DNA of 64,000 nucleotides from Actinomycetota bacterium (GTDB taxonomy: Bacteria > Actinomycetota > Thermoleophilia > RBG-16-64-13). A program made the position numbers and the translations under genes. The notes beneath the pieces were generated by a model. The model did no database searches. It was given only the letters and a program-made list of their open reading frames with translations, and was not told the origin of the DNA. The stretch lies in assembly GCA_012523095.1 (NCBI GenBank), contig JAAYJE010000038.1:40244-104243 (forward strand). The letters are read 5' to 3'. This document shows positions 1 through 9,913 of the stretch, one piece after another; position 1 is the stretch's first letter; each line of letters begins with the position of its first letter.

Positions 1-491
1 TGGACTATCGCCTGGATCTCAGGGACCGTGAGCGGCCGGATCATGTCTCGGTGGAAGTCGGCGGGAGTGGAGATGTTCACCGCGGACGCTCCTATGGGCG
101 GTCCCTCGTACGTAGCCGGATGGTTGTCGAACAGTGGGTTCTGCCAGGGACCGTCATGCTCCATCTGCAGGAATGTCGGGCACCCGTGGCTGTGGATCAT
201 GTCGACCAGGATCTTGATGCCGGGGATGTACTTATCGTCATCCATACGGTAGCGATAGTGCCAACGGCACCCCTGAGGGAAGTCCACCGTGGGAGCTTCA
301 ACCGAGATGATCCCCACCCCTCCGCGGGCCAGGGCATCGTAGAAGCCCATGGTGTTCTCGTTCATCGAGTCGTACTCGGTATCAAAGAACGTATGCATGC
401 CCGCGGCCGACTTGTAGAGACGATTGCGCGTCTTCACCTTACCGATCTGCCCTGGCTCGAGCAGCTTCGCGTACCTGCCTGGGTCGCTCAT
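1..491 (-). CDS. NADH:flavin oxidoreductase, Old Yellow Enzyme family; N-terminal part only, C-terminus beyond window start
   Basis: Minus-strand ATG at 489-491 preceded by GGAGGG. Manual translation MSDPGRYAKLLEPGQIGKVKTRNRLYKSAAGMHTFFDTEYDSMNENTMGFYDALARGGVGIISVE... matches the OYE TIM-barrel N-terminus. The frame runs off position 1, so it is absent from the ORF track. Confidence 0.6.
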   Translation of the reverse strand, partial: MSDPGRYAKLLEPGQIGKVKTRNRLYKSAAGMHTFFDTEYDSMNENTMGFYDALARGGVGIISVEAPTVDFPQGCRWHYRYRMDDDKYIPGIKILVDMIHSHGCPTFLQMEHDGPWQNPLFDNHPATYEGPPIGASAVNISTPADFHRDMIRPLTVPEIQAIV

Positions 492-574
492 ATGATCCGG
501 CCCTCCGTTCTTTCTGCTTTCGCGTGCCACTTCAGCGGCGCCGGCCTCCCGGCGTCATTTTTCCGTCCGGACCA

Positions 575-1516
575 TCAGACCGGCCCGAATGCTCCAATCT
601 CACTCAGATAGTCGAGCATCTTCAGGTACAGCTCATCGCGTTTCTTGAGGATCTCCACCTCGCTCCTGCCTTGATAATCGTAGATGCCACGCCCGCTCTT
701 GGCGCCGCAGTCCCCGCGTTCCACCCGCTCCTCCACGAACGAGTAGACCTTGCCCACGTTCTTCTGATAGGCCAGCAGCATGTCGAGGCCTTGGAAATCG
801 AAGGTCTGCATGACCCCGACGATCGGAAGCCGCACGCCCAGCGACGTCTTCACGGCCGTGTCGATCTCACCCGGCTCCACCAGACCTTCCTGGACCATGT
901 CCATGGCCGTCTCGCCAATGGCCCGCTGGATGCGGTTGACGATGAAGCCCGGGCCGAACTTCTTCATAGGCACCGGGCTCTTGCCGCAGACCTTCATGAG
1001 GGCCACGGTGAATTCCATGGTCTCGGGCGAGGTCCGCGGTCCCGGCACGACTTCGACCAGTGGGATGATGTGCGCCGGCGTGAAGAAGTGCGCGCACACG
1101 CCTCGAGGCTGCAATGCGTCCGGCAATAACTCGAAGATGTTGAGACTCGACGTGTTGCTGGCGATCACGGTCCGTTCAGGGCAGACGGCGGAGAGCTCAG
1201 CGTACAGTTCCCTCTTGGCGTCCTTGTTCTCGGCTATGGTCTCAAGGACGAAATCCGCATCCTTGGCGACATCCTTGACGTTCTGACTTGTCGTTATGCG
1301 GGCGATGGCCTCGTCTGCCACGGTTTGGGGGAGCGTGCCGTGTGCGACGAGAGTGGCGGAGTTGGCCCTCACCATCTTCATCGCCTTCTTCAACGTCTCC
1401 GCTTTGCGCGAGTACAGAGCCACCTCATACCCGGCGACGGCGAACATCTGAGCCACACCTGGGCCCATGGTGCCGGCGCCGAACACCGCTATCTTCTTGA
1501 CATCCTCGACTCTCAC
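575..1516 (-). CDS. 3-hydroxyacyl-CoA / 3-hydroxybutyryl-CoA dehydrogenase family protein (HBD-like), GTG start
   Basis: N-terminal Rossmann motif KKIAVFGAGTMGPGVAQ and C-terminal HCDH dimerisation region. AAAGGGG lies upstream of the GTG start. It is a paralog of 26931-27890. Confidence 0.8.
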   Translation of the reverse strand: MRVEDVKKIAVFGAGTMGPGVAQMFAVAGYEVALYSRKAETLKKAMKMVRANSATLVAHGTLPQTVADEAIARITTSQNVKDVAKDADFVLETIAENKDAKRELYAELSAVCPERTVIASNTSSLNIFELLPDALQPRGVCAHFFTPAHIIPLVEVVPGPRTSPETMEFTVALMKVCGKSPVPMKKFGPGFIVNRIQRAIGETAMDMVQEGLVEPGEIDTAVKTSLGVRLPIVGVMQTFDFQGLDMLLAYQKNVGKVYSFVEERVERGDCGAKSGRGIYDYQGRSEVEILKKRDELYLKMLDYLSEIGAFGPV

Positions 1517-1572
1517 CGACAGCCCCTTTCAGACCTCGCTTCTCCAGTCGCTCCCGTCCCGGGCAGCGGCGC

Positions 1573-2352
1573 CTAGGCCGTGCAGCTCCGGCCGCCGTCC
1601 ACATACACGACCTGCCCGGTCATGTAGTCAGAGGCCGCCGAGGCCAGGTAGATGCAGGTGCCCATGAGTTCCTCCGGCTCAGCGACCCGTCCGATGGGGT
1701 GCAGGGCGGTCGCCCCGGCCAGGACCTCGGGCGGCAGCGCGGCCTTCATGCCGGGGGTGAAGATCACCGACGGGCCGATGGCGTTGACGTTGACGCCGTG
1801 CTTGGCCCACTCGTACGCCAGCATGCGGGTGAGATTGCCGACGGCGGCTTTGCTGGCGCAGTAACCGACATTGCCCGCGAGCGGGACGCCGCGGTCGCCG
1901 GCCACCGAGCCGATGTTGATGATCTTGCCTTTCTTCTTCTCGAGCATGACCTTGCCGAATTCGCGACAGCAAAGCATGATGCTCTTCACATTGCTCTCGA
2001 AGAGCGTGTCCCAACTGCCTAAGGTCTGGTTCTCAAAGGGCTCTTTGATGTTCTGCCCCTGCGAGTTCACCAGGATGTCCACCGTGCCCATGGCCGCCAC
2101 GATCTCCCCGACCGCGTTCTTCACACCGGCCTCGTCGGTGGCGTCCATCCGGAAGGCCTTCACCTTCGTGGAGACTTCCGGATCGGCCGCAAGTTCACCG
2201 GCCACCACCTGCAGCTTCCCCAGATCGCGGCTGGCGAGAGCCACGTCCGCCCCTTGCCTGGCCAGCCCGAGCGCCAAGGCCTTTCCGATTCCTCCGCCTC
2301 CGCCGACGACCACTGCCACCTTGCCGTCGAGCCTGAAAAGGTCTCCCATCAT
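1573..2352 (-). CDS. SDR family oxidoreductase
   Basis: GKVAVVVGGGGGIGKA glycine-rich motif and YCASKAAV catalytic YxxxK. Start moved to the MMGDLFRL ATG at 2352; the track ORF extends to 2415 and would abut the upstream gene stop. Confidence 0.75.
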   Translation of the reverse strand: MMGDLFRLDGKVAVVVGGGGGIGKALALGLARQGADVALASRDLGKLQVVAGELAADPEVSTKVKAFRMDATDEAGVKNAVGEIVAAMGTVDILVNSQGQNIKEPFENQTLGSWDTLFESNVKSIMLCCREFGKVMLEKKKGKIINIGSVAGDRGVPLAGNVGYCASKAAVGNLTRMLAYEWAKHGVNVNAIGPSVIFTPGMKAALPPEVLAGATALHPIGRVAEPEELMGTCIYLASAASDYMTGQVVYVDGGRSCTA

Positions 2353-2416
2353 CGCCTCGTTTCGTCTTGCTCTGACATTCTCAGCTCCGTGCGCGGCTCG
2401 TTCCATCGTAGCCATC

Positions 2417-3661
2417 TCACCTGTAGGGCAACCAGCACTCCATCAACTCGTCGATGGGCCACAGGCTGAGCCGCTCGTAGCCGTCCTTGGTCACTAGGAT
2501 GTTCTCCTCCAGCCGCACACCGAACTTACCGCCCTTCTTGCCCGCGTAGGTCTCGACGGCCAGGCACATCCCTTCCCTGAAGGTCTGTTCGGGCACCCCG
2601 GCTACCTGGTTCATACGGTTGAAGAACGGCCGGTCGTGCAGAGTCAGACCCAGGCCGTGGCCGATGGCATAGGGGCCCACCTCAGCCCAGGTGTCGTGCC
2701 CCCAGTACTGGGGAGAGTCGGGCCACTTGTCGAGGAGCTGCCAGTCGGTCGAGCCGTCCTTGATGGTGCTCATGCCGTCATACAACATGGCCCGGCACTC
2801 CTCGTAGACGTCCTTCTGCTCTTGACTGGCCTTGCCCACGGAGAACGTACGGTAGACACACGACTTGTAGCCTTGGTAAGAGGCGCCGTCCACATCGATG
2901 TAGACCAAGTCGCCCACCTGCAGAGGCTTATCCGTGAACGACCACCCATAGGGGTTGGTATTGTGACCGGAACAGCAGACCAGGTCTTCGGTGTGGTCGT
3001 CCCCTTCCTCGTAGAGGGTCTTGATACCGATGGCGACCAGATCGCACTCCCGGATTCCCGGGCGGATGGCGTCCACGATCGCGGCAAAGGCCTTCTCGGA
3101 GTGTGCGCAGGTGATGCGCATCAATTCGATCTCATCCACCGTCTTGATCATGCGGGCAAGGTCCATGAAGGGTTTGGCGTGGACGACCTCCACGCCCCGC
3201 TTCTTGAAAGCCTCTGCGTAGATGTAGGAGAGCGTGGTGCCGTCGATGCCCAGCGGCTCCTTCTCCACGCCGTACTCCACCATGAAGCCGTAGATCTGGT
3301 CCACGACGTTCTGAACGACCTTGTCGTCGGGCGTGAAGGCCGCGATCTTCGCGATGCCGGCCGGAGCATGGATACGGCCCCCCATCCAGGGCATCCGCTG
3401 GATCAAGCCCTCTTGGTCGTTGCCTCCGATGATGTGCGGATCGCCGTTACGCGCACAGAAGCAGAACTGGGCCTCCAGAGGACGGTTGGGAGTGGTGATG
3501 TAGTAGCCCGTCATGTACCGGACATTGGCTTCGTCCCAGGTGACGATGGCTCCGAGCCCCGCCTTGTTGATCTCGGCCTTCGCACGCTGCAGGCGCTCCG
3601 CCCGTAGACGAGGATAGTTGACCCGTTCTTCGTAGTCGACCGCGTATTTTCCGAGTACCAT
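2417..3661 (-). CDS. M24 family metallohydrolase (creatinase/prolidase fold)
   Basis: Creatinase N-domain plus pita-bread catalytic domain with metal-ligand Asp/His/Glu pattern (..[18 protein letters not shown].., ..LHDRPFFNR..). ATG at 3661 follows GGAGGAG; the track start at 3664 is GTG. Confidence 0.75.
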   Translation of the reverse strand: MVLGKYAVDYEERVNYPRLRAERLQRAKAEINKAGLGAIVTWDEANVRYMTGYYITTPNRPLEAQFCFCARNGDPHIIGGNDQEGLIQRMPWMGGRIHAPAGIAKIAAFTPDDKVVQNVVDQIYGFMVEYGVEKEPLGIDGTTLSYIYAEAFKKRGVEVVHAKPFMDLARMIKTVDEIELMRITCAHSEKAFAAIVDAIRPGIRECDLVAIGIKTLYEEGDDHTEDLVCCSGHNTNPYGWSFTDKPLQVGDLVYIDVDGASYQGYKSCVYRTFSVGKASQEQKDVYEECRAMLYDGMSTIKDGSTDWQLLDKWPDSPQYWGHDTWAEVGPYAIGHGLGLTLHDRPFFNRMNQVAGVPEQTFREGMCLAVETYAGKKGGKFGVRLEENILVTKDGYERLSLWPIDELMECWLPYR

Positions 3662-3714
3662 CACTCCTCCTACCGTGTCGTCTATTCCGTCGTCTTAGGA
3701 CCCTGCGCGCGCTC

Positions 3715-4893
3715 CTACAGTCTTTCGAAGATCGCGGCGCACCCGATGCCGCCCGCCGCGCACATGCTGACCAATCCGTACCGGTTCTTGCGGCGTTTCA
3801 TCTCGTGCAACAGTGTCGCGGTGAGCTTGGCTCCGGTCGCACCCAGAGGATGGCCCAGAGCGATGGCTCCACCGTTCACGTTCAAGATCTCGCGGTCGAG
3901 GCCCAGTTCGCGCATGCAGTAGACAGACTGGCTGGCGAAGGCCTCGTTGAGCTCTATGAGCTCGATCTGGTCCATGGTGAGACCTGCGAGCTTCAGCACC
4001 TTCGGGATGGCGAACACCGGGCCGATGCCCATCACGGCCGGGTCGCAGCCGGCGGCGGCGAACGCTACGAAACGGGCCAGGGGCTCCAGCCCAAGCGACT
4101 CCGCCTTCTCCGCGCTCATCACGACCACGGCAGCGGCGCCGTCGCTGGTCTGCGACGAGTTGCCCGCCGTGACCGTGCCGTCCTTCTTGAAGACCGGCCT
4201 CAACTTGGAGAGGACTTCGACCGTGCTGCCCGGCCGCGGACCTTCGTCGGTGGTCGTTGTGGTGATCTTCTCGACCACCGTGCCGTCAGGGCCGGGGAGC
4301 CTGCGCTTGATCTCCACCGGCACGATCTCGTCGTCGAACGTGCCGTTCTCGATAGCCGCCAGAGCGCGGCGCTGGCTTTCGGCCGCGAACACATCCTGCT
4401 CTTCACGAGTGACGCTGAAGCGTTCGGCCACGTTCTCGGCCGTGATGCCCATACCGGCGTATACACCGGGGTTGACCTTCTGCATGTCCCAGCTGCTGAT
4501 CTGTTTGTTGCCGCCACCGGGCACCCGGGACATGCTCTCGATGCCCGCTGCAAGCACCACCTCGACCTGGCCCGACATGACGGCCTGGGCCGCATAAACG
4601 ACGGACTGCAGCCCGGAGGCGCAGAACCGAGTGAGGGTGACGCCCGGCACCGTGTCGGGGATGCCGGCGAGCAGGGCGTAGTTCCTCGCGCAGTTCAGCC
4701 CCTGTTCAGCCTCGGGGAAGGCGCAGCCCATGATGACGTCGTCTATCTCCGCCGGGTCGAGCCCGGGCGCGCGCTCCAGCGCCGCGCGGATGGACGTGAC
4801 CGAGAGGTGCTCCGGCTGGATGGTCCTGAACATCCCCCTCGGGGCTTTCCCGACCGGCGTACGTACCGCCGATACTACGACTGCTTCTATCAT
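3715..4893 (-). CDS. acetyl-CoA C-acetyltransferase (thiolase II)
   Basis: [13 protein letters not shown]-terminus, active-site Cys region [12 protein letters not shown] and C-terminal [21 protein letters not shown]. Confidence 0.85.
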   Translation of the reverse strand: MIEAVVVSAVRTPVGKAPRGMFRTIQPEHLSVTSIRAALERAPGLDPAEIDDVIMGCAFPEAEQGLNCARNYALLAGIPDTVPGVTLTRFCASGLQSVVYAAQAVMSGQVEVVLAAGIESMSRVPGGGNKQISSWDMQKVNPGVYAGMGITAENVAERFSVTREEQDVFAAESQRRALAAIENGTFDDEIVPVEIKRRLPGPDGTVVEKITTTTTDEGPRPGSTVEVLSKLRPVFKKDGTVTAGNSSQTSDGAAAVVVMSAEKAESLGLEPLARFVAFAAAGCDPAVMGIGPVFAIPKVLKLAGLTMDQIELIELNEAFASQSVYCMRELGLDREILNVNGGAIALGHPLGATGAKLTATLLHEMKRRKNRYGLVSMCAAGGIGCAAIFERL

Positions 4894-4918
4894 GAAGGGT
4901 CTCCTTCGCTCCTCGCGC

Positions 4919-7297
4919 CTAGTTCCGGAGGGGCTTCCCGGTCCTCAGCATGTGTTGCATCCGCTCGATGCTCTTGGCCGTGCGGCACACCTCTAGGAAG
5001 GCCTTGCGCTCGAGGTCGAGGAGATACTGCTCGTCGACCTCTGCGTTGATCTCCACCTCGCCGCCCGACAGGACCCGGCCCACCATCATCGACAGATAGT
5101 GGTCGTGGTCGGAGATAAAGTCGCCGCTGCGGGCGTTATCGAGGATCCAACGGAAGTTCCCCATGCCGTCCACACCCATCACCTGCACCGTCACCGGCGC
5201 CGGCGTCTGCCAGCCCGACTCGAGCATCCCTAGGGCCACCTGCTTCGCCGCATGGATGAGGCCGTCGCGGTTCATAGTCACGCCGTCCCCGGGGCGAAGG
5301 TAACCGAGGTCGAACGCCTCCCAGGCCGAGGAGCTGACCTTAGCCATAGTGATGGCCTGGAATGAGCGCTGCATGATGAACCAGGCCCAGTTGACACCCT
5401 GAGCGGGGGCCGTGGTGCGGAACACCGCCTCCTTCATCCCTCCGGCCGCCGGCACAAGCCCTACGCCGGTCTCCACCAGCCCCATGTTGACGTCGGCGTG
5501 GGCCTGCACACGATGGCAATGCAGGCAGACCTCAAGGCCGCCGCCCAGTACCCTGCCGAACGGCGCCGCCACTATGGGGATAGGCGCGTACTTCATGGCC
5601 ATGCTCGTGCGTTGGGCCGTGCGGACCAGGTGCTCGATGCCGTCCCAGTCCTCAGCGGCGATCTTGTCGAGCATCAGCCTTATGTCTGCTCCGCCCGAGA
5701 AGTGTGCGCCTTGGTTACCGATGACCAGAGCGTCATAGGCGTCTCCGGCGTTCTCGATGGCCTTCAGAATGAAGAGCTGCACCCCTTCTCCCACGGTGTT
5801 GGCCTTGGTGTGGAACTCGATGCAGGCCACCCGGTCGCCCAGATCGACGAGACCGGCATGCTCGTTCTCCTCGAGCGTCCTGCCGTTCGCCTTGAGATCG
5901 GCGAGGTTGATCACACGCTTCCGCGCTGCAAGCGGCTTGTGTCCCTCCTGACCCGGTCCCCACACTTCGAGAGCGCCCGCCTCCTTCTTGTAGAACGAGG
6001 GAGCCTCGGTGGCCGCCAGCTGTAGCACCCATTCGGGAACGGCCCGGCCCTCCGCCTTCATCCGCTCGACGGTCTCCTTGACTCCGAGGGCGTCCCACAG
6101 CTCGAAGGGGCCCAGGTCCCAGGCATAGCCCCAACGCATGGACCGGTCGATCTGAGCGATGTCGGAGCAGATCTCGGGGATACGGTTGGCAGCGTAAACG
6201 AAGGTGGCGGCTAGAAGGTCCCACCCAAAACGAGCGGCCGCGTCGTCGAACGAGATGAACTTCCGCACGCGCGCTACCGGGTCGGAGATCTTGTTCGCCT
6301 CCGTGAGGCTCTCGTACTGCGGGTCCTGCCAGGGTCGGTATTCCAGCGTATTGGGATCGATGCACAGAGTGCGCTTCTCTCTGAAGAAGCTCCCGCCGGT
6401 CTTCTCGCCCAGATAGCCGCGGTCGACCATGTCCAGGATCCACTGAGGAAGCTTCCACTGCTCGCGCATCTCGTCGCCCACGGCGGTCTCGTAGTGGCTC
6501 TCGACCGCGTAGGCCAGCACATCGGTGCCGGCCAGGTTAGACGTGCCATAGGTGGCGGTCACCGAGCGGGCCAGGGCCCGGCCGCTGGCCGCGTCGACGT
6601 CCTCGATGGTGAGGCCGTACTTCTCCTGTTGATTGATCGCGTAAACGGTCGAGAAGATGCCGATGCGGTTGGCGACGAAGTTCGGGGTGTCCTCGCTCAG
6701 CACCACTCCCTTTCCCAGTCGAAGCTCGGCAAACTCCTGCAGACCTTTCACAACGGCCTTATCGGTATGACGGCCCGGGATCACTTCCAGGAGGTACATG
6801 AAGCGGGGCGGGAAGAAGAAGTGACTGCCCAGAAAACGCCTCTTCACGTCGTCGGGGAGGACCGATGCCATCGCGTTGACCGAAAGTCCTGAAGAGTTCG
6901 TCGACACGATAGTCTTAGGGCCGATGTACCCGGCCACCCGGCTCAGAAGGCTCTGTTTCACGTCGAGCCTCTCCACCACAGCTTCCACTACCCAATCCAC
7001 ATCCGCAAGCTTCGCCAGGTCGTCATCGAGGTTCCCCGGAGTGAGCAGATGGGCGCGGCTTGGGTGTGCGAAGGCGGCGGGGCGCCCCTTGAGAGCTGTG
7101 GAGATCGCAGCCTTGGCCAGACGGTTCCGCACGCCCGGGTCATCCAACCCCAGACCGAGCTTCTTCTCGTCGTCGTTCAGCTCCGTCGGAGCCAGATCGA
7201 GGAGCAGTGTGGGTATGCCGGCGTTCGCCAGATGGGCCGCAACCGCGGTACCCATGCGGCCCGCTCCGAGAACAGCCGCCCTTCGGATCACTAACAT
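4919..7297 (-). CDS. FadN-type bifunctional 3-hydroxyacyl-CoA dehydrogenase (N-terminal) / enoyl-CoA hydratase (C-terminal)
   Basis: N-terminal NAD-binding AVLGAGRMGTAVAAHLA followed by HCDH C-domains. C-terminal crotonase fold (..GGGLEVCLHCHRVQAHADVNMGLVETGVGLVPAAGG..). 792 aa with the same domain order as Bacillus FadN. GGAGG RBS overlaps the TetR stop. Confidence 0.85.
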   Translation of the reverse strand: MLVIRRAAVLGAGRMGTAVAAHLANAGIPTLLLDLAPTELNDDEKKLGLGLDDPGVRNRLAKAAISTALKGRPAAFAHPSRAHLLTPGNLDDDLAKLADVDWVVEAVVERLDVKQSLLSRVAGYIGPKTIVSTNSSGLSVNAMASVLPDDVKRRFLGSHFFFPPRFMYLLEVIPGRHTDKAVVKGLQEFAELRLGKGVVLSEDTPNFVANRIGIFSTVYAINQQEKYGLTIEDVDAASGRALARSVTATYGTSNLAGTDVLAYAVESHYETAVGDEMREQWKLPQWILDMVDRGYLGEKTGGSFFREKRTLCIDPNTLEYRPWQDPQYESLTEANKISDPVARVRKFISFDDAAARFGWDLLAATFVYAANRIPEICSDIAQIDRSMRWGYAWDLGPFELWDALGVKETVERMKAEGRAVPEWVLQLAATEAPSFYKKEAGALEVWGPGQEGHKPLAARKRVINLADLKANGRTLEENEHAGLVDLGDRVACIEFHTKANTVGEGVQLFILKAIENAGDAYDALVIGNQGAHFSGGADIRLMLDKIAAEDWDGIEHLVRTAQRTSMAMKYAPIPIVAAPFGRVLGGGLEVCLHCHRVQAHADVNMGLVETGVGLVPAAGGMKEAVFRTTAPAQGVNWAWFIMQRSFQAITMAKVSSSAWEAFDLGYLRPGDGVTMNRDGLIHAAKQVALGMLESGWQTPAPVTVQVMGVDGMGNFRWILDNARSGDFISDHDHYLSMMVGRVLSGGEVEINAEVDEQYLLDLERKAFLEVCRTAKSIERMQHMLRTGKPLRN

Positions 7298-7300
7298 ACT

Positions 7301-7992
7301 CTAGTCCTCCCCAGAATTATCTCCGCGATCCAGACCAAGACCCCGGAAGATGAAACCGATTAGAAACTCAACCGTCGACTCGACATCTTCGGGGCCGGAC
7401 AGCTTAAGGTTCCAGCCCCTAAGAACAAGGAATAGACACACGTACGAGACCAGATTCGCAGCCAACTCAGATTCCCGCCCCCGCAGCTGGTGTCCGGGGA
7501 TCAGCGAAAGAAGGTGCCGATAGAAGCCCACGACGTTCCGGTCGTCCAACTCGAGCACCTTTCGGAGGTGCTCCTTGTCGAGGTACTTGCTCTCGGTGAA
7601 TATGAACTGGTAGAGCTGCCGATTCGCGGAAAGATGCTTCATGGTGATCCGCAGCCCATGCTCCAACTTGGCCACAGGGTCGGTGATCTCCTCGATACCG
7701 GCGTCGACCAAACTCTGATTCCACAACTCCTGACTGTGACGGTGCATGAGGTACAGGATGTCGTCTTTTGAGGAGATGTAGTGGTACAGCTGACCCATGG
7801 ACATCCCGCACGCGGAGGCGATATCGCGGATGGAGGTCTTGCCGAAGCCCTTCTCGAAGAGCACGCTGCTCGCTCCTTCCACGATGATGCGCTGCTTCAT
7901 CTCGGTCAACTCGCGGTCGGTCGAGGCCGCCTGCAGAGATCCCTCCGCAACCCTCTGCAGCATCTCATCAAGCTGGTGTTTGGTGCTCGTCA
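7301..7992 (-). CDS. TetR/AcrR family transcriptional regulator
   Basis: HTH at ..KTSIRDIASACGMSMGQLYHYISSKDDIL.. The track ORF extends to 8287 but would overlap the SnoaL-like gene. The ATG at 7992 (MTSTKHQ...) gives a typical ~230 aa TetR. Confidence 0.75.
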
Positions 7993-8093
7993 TGAAGGTC
8001 GCGCACTCCTTGCGTCCGATATAGTGTTGTCCGCGGCCGGCCTCTCCCGGCCTGATGAACCGATCTGCCGGAAGAGCGGATGACCGCCTTCGA

Positions 8094-8142
8094 TAGAGCG
8101 CTCGCTCTAACCATTCTGGCAGGTATTCCGGCCCGGTGTCAA
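8094..8142 (-). promoter_or_regulatory. Predicted sigma70-type promoter (TTGACA-N17-CAGAAT on minus strand) with a 16-bp palindromic operator TAGAGCG-N2-CGCTCTA just downstream; copy 1
   Basis: Plus-strand tgtcaa 8137-8142 (-35), attctg 8113-8118 (-10), palindrome tagagcgctcgctcta 8094-8109. Near-identical architecture to copy 2 at 10740-10786. Confidence 0.45.
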
Positions 8143-8180
8143 GAGACATGCCGAGACGGACAGGCAACGCGTACCAATCC

Positions 8181-8687
8181 TCACCAGAGACCGCTTGGCG
8201 GGCCGCCACCCGGCAGTCCATGGATTTCGCTCCAACGCATGCAGGCGATCTTCCATCTGCCGTTCTCGCGTACAAAATCGTTGTCATAGCGGCCCTGGAC
8301 CCAGAACATCGACTGGCCGGTCCTCTTGTAGAAGTACATCATGAAGAGCATGAAGTCGCCCTTGGCGTTGTCTCCCTCAACGGTGATGATGGGATTCACG
8401 CAGACGTCGCCTTCATTGCCCGCGTGCGTCTGAGACAGCTCTTCTTTCAGCCATCGCCGGATATTCTCTTTGCCTCTCACAGGCTCATGCAGGTACACGT
8501 CCACCTGGGCGTCTTCGGCGAAGCACTCGGCGCACTCGTCCCACTCCATGAGCATGAGCGCATTGAGGTACCGGTACTGTACTTCCTGGATCTCCCTGAC
8601 ATCTGCGGTCTCGCGGGCAAGCGCCGACAGCCTGCCGACCCTCTCTTCGAGTTCGGCGATCCGCGCTTCCAATCCCGGCTTGTCCAT
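8181..8687 (-). CDS. SnoaL-like / NTF2-fold (ketosteroid-isomerase-like) protein
   Basis: 168 aa. ATG with AAGGAG RBS. NTF2-like pattern (..EDAQVDVYLHEPVRGKENIRRWL.. ..ITVEGDNAKGDFM..). Confidence 0.55.
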   Translation of the reverse strand: MDKPGLEARIAELEERVGRLSALARETADVREIQEVQYRYLNALMLMEWDECAECFAEDAQVDVYLHEPVRGKENIRRWLKEELSQTHAGNEGDVCVNPIITVEGDNAKGDFMLFMMYFYKRTGQSMFWVQGRYDNDFVRENGRWKIACMRWSEIHGLPGGGPPSGLW

Positions 8688-8857
8688 ACCCTGCTCCTTT
8701 TTCTCTCGGCATCACTTCTCGTACACGATCTCAGACCGGGGGCGCCTATATCGCAGAGCCGATCTTCCCCGGCTCCAACAGCTTCTCGTACTTGGCGCTC
8801 ATGCTCGACTGCGCTCCTCCGGGTCGCGCCTCGCTGCCGAGGCTCTGTACCGAGGTT

Positions 8858-9913
8858 CTACGTCGTCAGCAGTATTTTGACGGCCCCCTCGAGACGCTTG
8901 TCAAAGATCTCGTACGCCCGGATAACGTCGTCTAAGCTCATCCGATGGGTCACTACTGGGGAAACGTCGAGCTCTCCATCTTCGATCACCTTCACGAGCT
9001 TAGGCATGGCACCGAGATCACCCATGCCCATGGCCACCGTCACGTTCCTGGCCTGCATGCGGGGCGCGTTGATCTTGATAGGCGCTTGGAAGGCACCGAC
9101 CACAGCGACGACCCCACCTGGAGCAGCGACCCGGATGGCGTTCTCCAGGCTCTCCTCTTTGCCTACCGCTTCGACGATGTAGTCCGCGCCCCAGCCGTCC
9201 GTGTGTTGCCGCACCGCTTTGCGGACGTCTTCGGTTCCGGCGGCATCGATGGTCACGTCCGCGCCCAGCCTCTCGGCGAGGGCCAACCGCTCGGCGCGAT
9301 TGCCCACCGCGATGATTTTGGCGGGGCGGAACAGCTTGGCGGAGGCCACGGAGCAGAGACCCACCGGACCGAGGCCGAACACCACGACATGGTCCCCCTC
9401 ACGCACGCCGCGCCCGCCCGGAGAAAGCCCGGCAACCGCCGAATACCCGGTCGGGAGGATGTCTCCCGCGAAGATGATGCGATCGTCCGGTGCAGTGACA
9501 TGCTGCAGCGTGTTGTCGGCGAAGGGCACCCGCACGTAGTCGGCCTGCGCCCCAGGCAGATCGCCCAGTAGGGGCCCGTGGCCGAAGGTCGCTCCGCGCT
9601 CGCACGCGCTATAGAGGCCCCGCCTGCAGGCCCGACACCGGCCACACCAGACGGCCGCGGCACCCACCACCCGATCCCCCGGTTTGAACCTACCGACCGC
9701 CCCGCCCACCTCGTGCACCACACCACAGAACTCATGCCCGATGATCCGCCCGGGTTCCATCTTGGGAAGAAGGCCGTGCACGATATGGGTGTCGCTGCCG
9801 CAGATACTGGCCGTCGTGACCCGGACGACGGCGTCTTCGGGATCCTGGACGACCGGCTCCGGCACGTCCTCCAGCCGGATATCATTCGGGCCTTCGTATA
9901 CGACGGCTCTCAT
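8858..9913 (-). CDS. zinc-dependent alcohol dehydrogenase (MDR family)
   Basis: MRAVVYEGPNDIRL, CGSDTHIV, GHEFCGVVHEVG zinc motifs, and a Rossmann VVVFGLGPVGL segment. The ATG at 9913 overlaps the upstream SDR stop (ATGA). Confidence 0.8.
   Translation of the reverse strand: MRAVVYEGPNDIRLEDVPEPVVQDPEDAVVRVTTASICGSDTHIVHGLLPKMEPGRIIGHEFCGVVHEVGGAVGRFKPGDRVVGAAAVWCGRCRACRRGLYSACERGATFGHGPLLGDLPGAQADYVRVPFADNTLQHVTAPDDRIIFAGDILPTGYSAVAGLSPGGRGVREGDHVVVFGLGPVGLCSVASAKLFRPAKIIAVGNRAERLALAERLGADVTIDAAGTEDVRKAVRQHTDGWGADYIVEAVGKEESLENAIRVAAPGGVVAVVGAFQAPIKINAPRMQARNVTVAMGMGDLGAMPKLVKVIEDGELDVSPVVTHRMSLDDVIRAYEIFDKRLEGAVKILLTT

Noticed and set aside
2636-3607. Long antisense ORFs opposite real genes (e.g. 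2636-3607 +, 3805-5049 +, 13733-15793 +, 30153-32117 -, 52442-54559 -, 20945-21745 +, 22439-23092 +)
   Set aside because: They lie antisense to genes with clear family signatures. Their translations are Arg/Ala/Gly/Pro-rich low-complexity typical of high-GC frames, with no RBS or domain motifs. Treated as artefacts.
8111-8140. Possible sigma-54 (-24 TGGCA / -12 GC) promoter inside the duplicated regulatory segment
   Set aside because: GG-N10-GC spacing fits only copy 2 and the -12 element (CGCT) is poor. A sigma-70-like TTGACA-N17-CAGAAT reading on the gene strand fits both copies.
7301-8287. Track ORF giving a 328-aa TetR with a 98-aa N-terminal extension
   Set aside because: The extension has no homology pattern and overlaps the SnoaL-like gene (8181-8687) on the same strand. 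The internal ATG at 7992 yields a normal-length TetR.
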